In this document: in pieces, positions 20,914 to 25,000 of the stretch | Position numbering within the stretch: the stretch's first letter is position 1 | Layout of the letters: every line of letters begins with the position of its first letter | Assembly: GCA_965649825.1 (NCBI GenBank) | Contig: OZ287711.1 | Coordinates: forward strand, 1 to 25,000 | DNA: 25,000 bases | Direction of reading: 5' to 3' | DNA from: Penicillus capitatus | Lineage: Eukaryota > Plantae > Chlorophyta | The notes under the pieces: model-generated | Databases searched by the model: none | Told to the model about the DNA's origin: nothing | What the model saw: the letters and a program-made list of their open reading frames with translations, nothing else | Translations under genes and position numbers: made by a program

Positions 20914-22785
20914 GAGCAACATCATCACATTCTTAATCTGCCATCCCAGTTATCTAGAACGACAAAGGATTGCAGATGTCAAGGAGCACAAAGCGAAAAC
21001 GATGGATAACGCAACTGGTTGTGTGTGTCATCTGGGCATAGGTACTTTATGGGTGGAACAGTGTCCTGGATGTACACCACCTTTAAGGGCTCGTGCCGCA
21101 CCTTACCAAACACAAGAGCTACGTGATCGATTACCAGAACCGTAAGCTCTGGAGTGTCCCGGCAGACAGCTGGTCTAAGAATGTGTGACCTACGATGAGT
21201 TTGTTGCGGTCGGAAGGAGATTCACTGATTAGATGCTTAACAATCAAACACTTAAAGATCTAATCATGTTAATGACGCTAGACGCTCTGGTGGCGTTTGC
21301 TGATGTTATCGTAAAGCCTGTGGTTTTCTACTGATCTAGGTGTGTGCTCAACAAAGAGTAAACATCCAGACAAATTTAGAAACACATCTTCGTTTGACTC
21401 ACTCTTCTGCAAGACGTGTCTCGAGCCATCTGAAAGGATAACGCCTCTGGTTCATGCACCTAAATAATGGAGTATTCGACTTTGAGTGAGATATGCGAGT
21501 GGAGAAAGCATAACCTGCAGTCAGGAGAGAAGTAACTCGCAAGTAAAGGGTACAGAAGTGGTCATGCACCCTGACTAGAACCCAAGAGAATTTACCTTCA
21601 GGTCGACTTGTGCTCGGGCCGCTTGGCCGCGCATTCAATAAACGGCAAAGAGTATCGTTCGATTATGAAGTGTTCAATGGGGATTGTCCACAGAAGGCAA
21701 TTTTGCATTACAATGAAAGATCGATCATAACCGCAATATCACACTTGGCAGTGTTCTGCCCATCGTGACAGCAGAAATCTTTCTGACAGGAAGTTCAAAG
21801 TAGTAAACAACAATACAACTAGTATATGGTATCAGCAAGAACGCGGAAGATCATCCAGCTTTCTACAACAATGCCTCATCGTCTCTTAAAAAAGTGCACG
21901 TTTTCCGCAGCTCTACATGGAAAACCGTGCGGGACTCCTGTCTTGTGACGACTCTCCTTCTACGCTCAAAAGCTGATTGCCGTATGAACGCGTAATGACA
22001 CCTCATTCATAGTCGTCATCCGCAAATGAACCATCAATTTAAGAACTGCATGTATTCTCTATGTGATGTGTATCATCTTGGCAGGGTGGATATCTCCGGC
22101 AAATGCGAATCTGGATGCTGTATGTAAACGAGTGAGTGAGTGGGGTCTGCGAGAAAACTGTCAACCCGAACAGTTGGCATAACAGGGAATTCAGTGGTCG
22201 TATCGAACTCCATGCAGATGAGATATCACCCACTCTTAGTAAGAGATCGGCCTCCATACTCTTCTCCGCATTTTATGAACTCGCAATGACGTGACACTTG
22301 GACTGGAGAACATCTACGAATCCCACATTTGTTCGTCTACAAATGCACTTCGAGTAAGACTGCTGAACAAACAGCACGAGAACAGAGATAACAATAGAGA
22401 CAAGTTTCTGTATTTGCTCCAGAGGGTGCCCTTCAGCTGGAATGCTCTATGTTTTCCAGTCAGTTGCAGTTTGCCAGGCTTTTCCGTTACATTTATGTTT
22501 TTCACGCAAGGAATCGTGATCTTTCTGTCCAGCAAAAGTCGACGCTTCGTCGACGAACCGTTCAACGAGGCAGTTTCCTGTCACGATGATTGAACGGTGA
22601 CGGGTCTATGCGCAATGAGCCGGAGTGAGAAATGCTGATGGCCAGTGACGTCATATCAATCTTGAGGCACTGAATCATACAATTAGATGCATTCGACTTC
22701 CACCTGTTATGTGTTTCCGCCACATTTCTTTTGTTGTTTCGAGTTTTCTCACTTGTTTCCAAGAGAACCTGCAAGCTCGACTGTC

Positions 22786-25000
22786 ATGCAATTCGCTGCC
22801 GTCATCTTCCTCGCGCTGCTAAGCGCAACTCGGAGCGTCGGTTTAGAAGGAAACGGCAGAGTGAATAGTCTCTTGAGCGAAGGTCGGTCTGAGAGTATGT
22901 ATGCAGTGTCGTTTGCGCGGACTCATCGCTAAGATTAGTTAGTTCCTTTCTTTGTCTCTTTTCATCATCTCCTATTCAGTCGAGGAGGATATAACCGCCA
23001 ACTACATATCTGAAACGAATTTCGTTTATTGTATCTAGGACGCCATCTGACTCAGGATGAAGTCGATGAACCCCCAGTACTTTCCAACGTTACGTTAAGG
23101 GAGGCGTTCAGAAATCTGCGTCGCGGTCAAACCGTCGTCTTGGAGAATAGAAATTACACACTCAGAAGAACACTGAGGATCGATGTCCGCGATGTCACAC
23201 TCCTCGGCGACGCGGGAGGCCGAACAGTGATTGCTTGTCCCCCTGACGACAGCGCTGTCCTCATACGGTTAGACGACTCAGACACTCACTCAGTCGCCGT
23301 TCTTGACCTTTGGCGCTGTTCCTGGTCGACAGGTCGTCGAATGTGACGATTTCGGACATAACGTTCCAAGACTGTCGAGACGTTTCGGCCGTGGTGGTGG
23401 AGAACGATCCCGATGATCCTTCCAGGACAACCAGCGCAGTCTTCGAGAGGGTGTCATTCAAAAACAACACTCAGGGACGGCAGACGCCGACAGGGTCGTT
23501 CGCCTTGTCGCAGCCAATGGGAACGCTGACCATCCACCCGTGCTCTTCCGTGGAGTGCAGTGGACCGATGCCGGAGGCGGAGGTTCGGCATTCGACATTC
23601 GAGGACAACGAGGCTGACCAAGGCGGAGGCATTCACTGTGCCAGATGCAAGCTGCGGATCGTGAACTCCACGTTCAGCAGCAACCGGGCTCTGTCCAATG
23701 GAGGAGCCGTCTTTGCGAGAGATGCAGGGACGGTGGTGGACATCGTCGACTCCTCGTTCGTCGACAACACAGTGACGCAGGACGGCATACAGTTCGAAGT
23801 CGCACGCAGCGACGGCCGTCCGATAGAGCTCGTGAATCACTTTACTTTCAATTTCCCCAGTAATGGCGGCGGCGCCCTTTTCATTAACTCCGTTGCAAAT
23901 CTCTCAGTGGCTGGGTCTTCGTTTCTGGGCAATCGAGCCCCAAGTGGAGGTGCGATGCGATCTGTCGTTGATGCTCGCTTTTTCTCGAGCACGAACAGAT
24001 CCTCCGTGCTCGTTGTGAACAGCACGTTCGAGCAGAACCACGCCAGTGTTCCGGATTCAACGCCAATCCAGTACACCGAGGACAGCATCGGAGGCGCAGT
24101 CTACTTCGTATGCAGTGCGGAGAACTTGGACGAATGGAGGTTCGACAACTGCACCTTCAGAAGCAACACGGCACGTCACGGAGGCGCTCTCCACGTGGTC
24201 GCACTTCAGCAGAACGCACTGACGATGGACGACTGTCTCTTCGAAGACAATCGAGCGGAGGAAGCGGGAGGAGCTGTGATCCTGAGGAACACTGGCGCGT
24301 TCGAGACAAACGCCTCTGCCTGGTACAGAAACGCGGCGAATCTTGGCGGAGGCATCCTGGTGACGAACGGGGCAAACTTCAGAACGCGGGGCCTGGCAGG
24401 TCTTCACAGCGACGGACGCGTTGGCAGGTCGACTGTGCTCCGCGAAAACAGCGCCGTCTACGGAGGAGGCATCATGTGTGCTGGGTGCGGAGAGATGACG
24501 CTGCTCGACGCCAACATCACCTTCAACGTTGCAAGTGATTCCGGCGGCGGTCTCTACGTTCTGGACGCGCCAGATGCGATATCCATACACCAGTCTCTGT
24601 TCGCCAGCAACATGGCGTATCAAGGGGGCGGCATCGCTCTCAGATCTGCCGCCTTCGTGTCCTTCAGAGTAGTCGAAGCATTCTACTCGAATATCCTCGT
24701 GAACAACACGGCCGTGGTCGGAGGAGGTCTCTTCGCAGAGGCAAATCGACAGCGACAAAACAAGCTCTCAGTACGTCTGCTCCCTCTCGAGTACCTGCTG
24801 CTAAGTGCTCGTGTCGTTTCCAGATCACTAGAACCCGATTCGAACGGAACCGAGCCGTGCGTGTCGAGGACCTGGGATTTCCGCTCGCCAGAGACCAATC
24901 GGAAGCGGCAAACGACACCGGCGGCAGGTCGCTGCTCCAGCAAGCTGCACAGTCGGACCGTCCGTCGTCCACTGCTTCCCCTTCCTCCACCTGCGGAGAG
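22786..25000 (+). CDS. Pmp-like beta-helix surface protein, paralogue 2 (runs off the window end)
   Basis: Exons 22786-22882, 23039-23267, 23333-24770 and 24824->25000. Exon 1 (97 nt) and exon 2 (229 nt) have the same lengths and phases as in paralogue 1. Signal peptide MQFAAVIFLALLSATRSVG. No stop codon was seen in the exons compared. Confidence 0.85.
23082..25000 (+). repeat. Near-identical duplicate of 15849-17770
   Basis: Colinear at offset 7,233, then 7,230 after one 3-nt indel. Intron 2 is identical, and intron 3 has 5 substitutions in 53 nt. Overall identity is roughly 95% by eye. Confidence 0.95.

Noticed and set aside
20900-22700. Hidden gene or element between the two receptor paralogues
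   Set aside because: Only short ORFs without motifs; I found no repeats, TIRs or RNA-gene signatures by eye.
15849-25000. Diversity-generating retroelement (TR/VR pair) explaining the variable patches
   Set aside because: Differences include C/T and G/C changes and an indel rather than adenine-specific substitutions. Both copies are spliced coding genes, and no reverse transcriptase is present in the window.

Overview
Eukaryotic, intron-rich but compact DNA with GT-AG introns mostly 45-65 nt and a standard genetic code. A chlorophyte green alga is my inference from the gene content and TGTAA signals; it is not proven. The window holds, in order: the 5' part of an organellar-type helical-repeat (OPR/HPR-like) protein gene; three small secreted Cys-containing protein genes (unknown, Kazal x3 plus knottin-like, PAN/apple-like); a complete, apparently very young 1,507-bp LTR element; an intronless ubiquitin-like fusion gene; a 6 x 62-bp tandem array; and two tandem paralogues of a large beta-helix (Pmp-like GGA[I/L/V]/FxxN) surface protein, whose complete copy ends in a multi-TM anchor. 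The LTR element has identical 97-bp LTRs, a 5-bp TSD, a PBS and a PPT, and its only cargo is a coiled-coil plus CCHC-knuckle ORF with no pol and no recognisable capsid. The two receptor paralogues share a GC-rich, near-identical ectodomain cassette punctuated by short hypervariable patches, while their signal peptides are unrelated. All gene models were spliced by hand, and no database searches were run. Several intergenic stretches (about 2.3-3.2, 4.0-5.9, 8.4-9.3, 10.8-12.1, 13.0-15.0 and 20.9-22.7 kb) could not be resolved.
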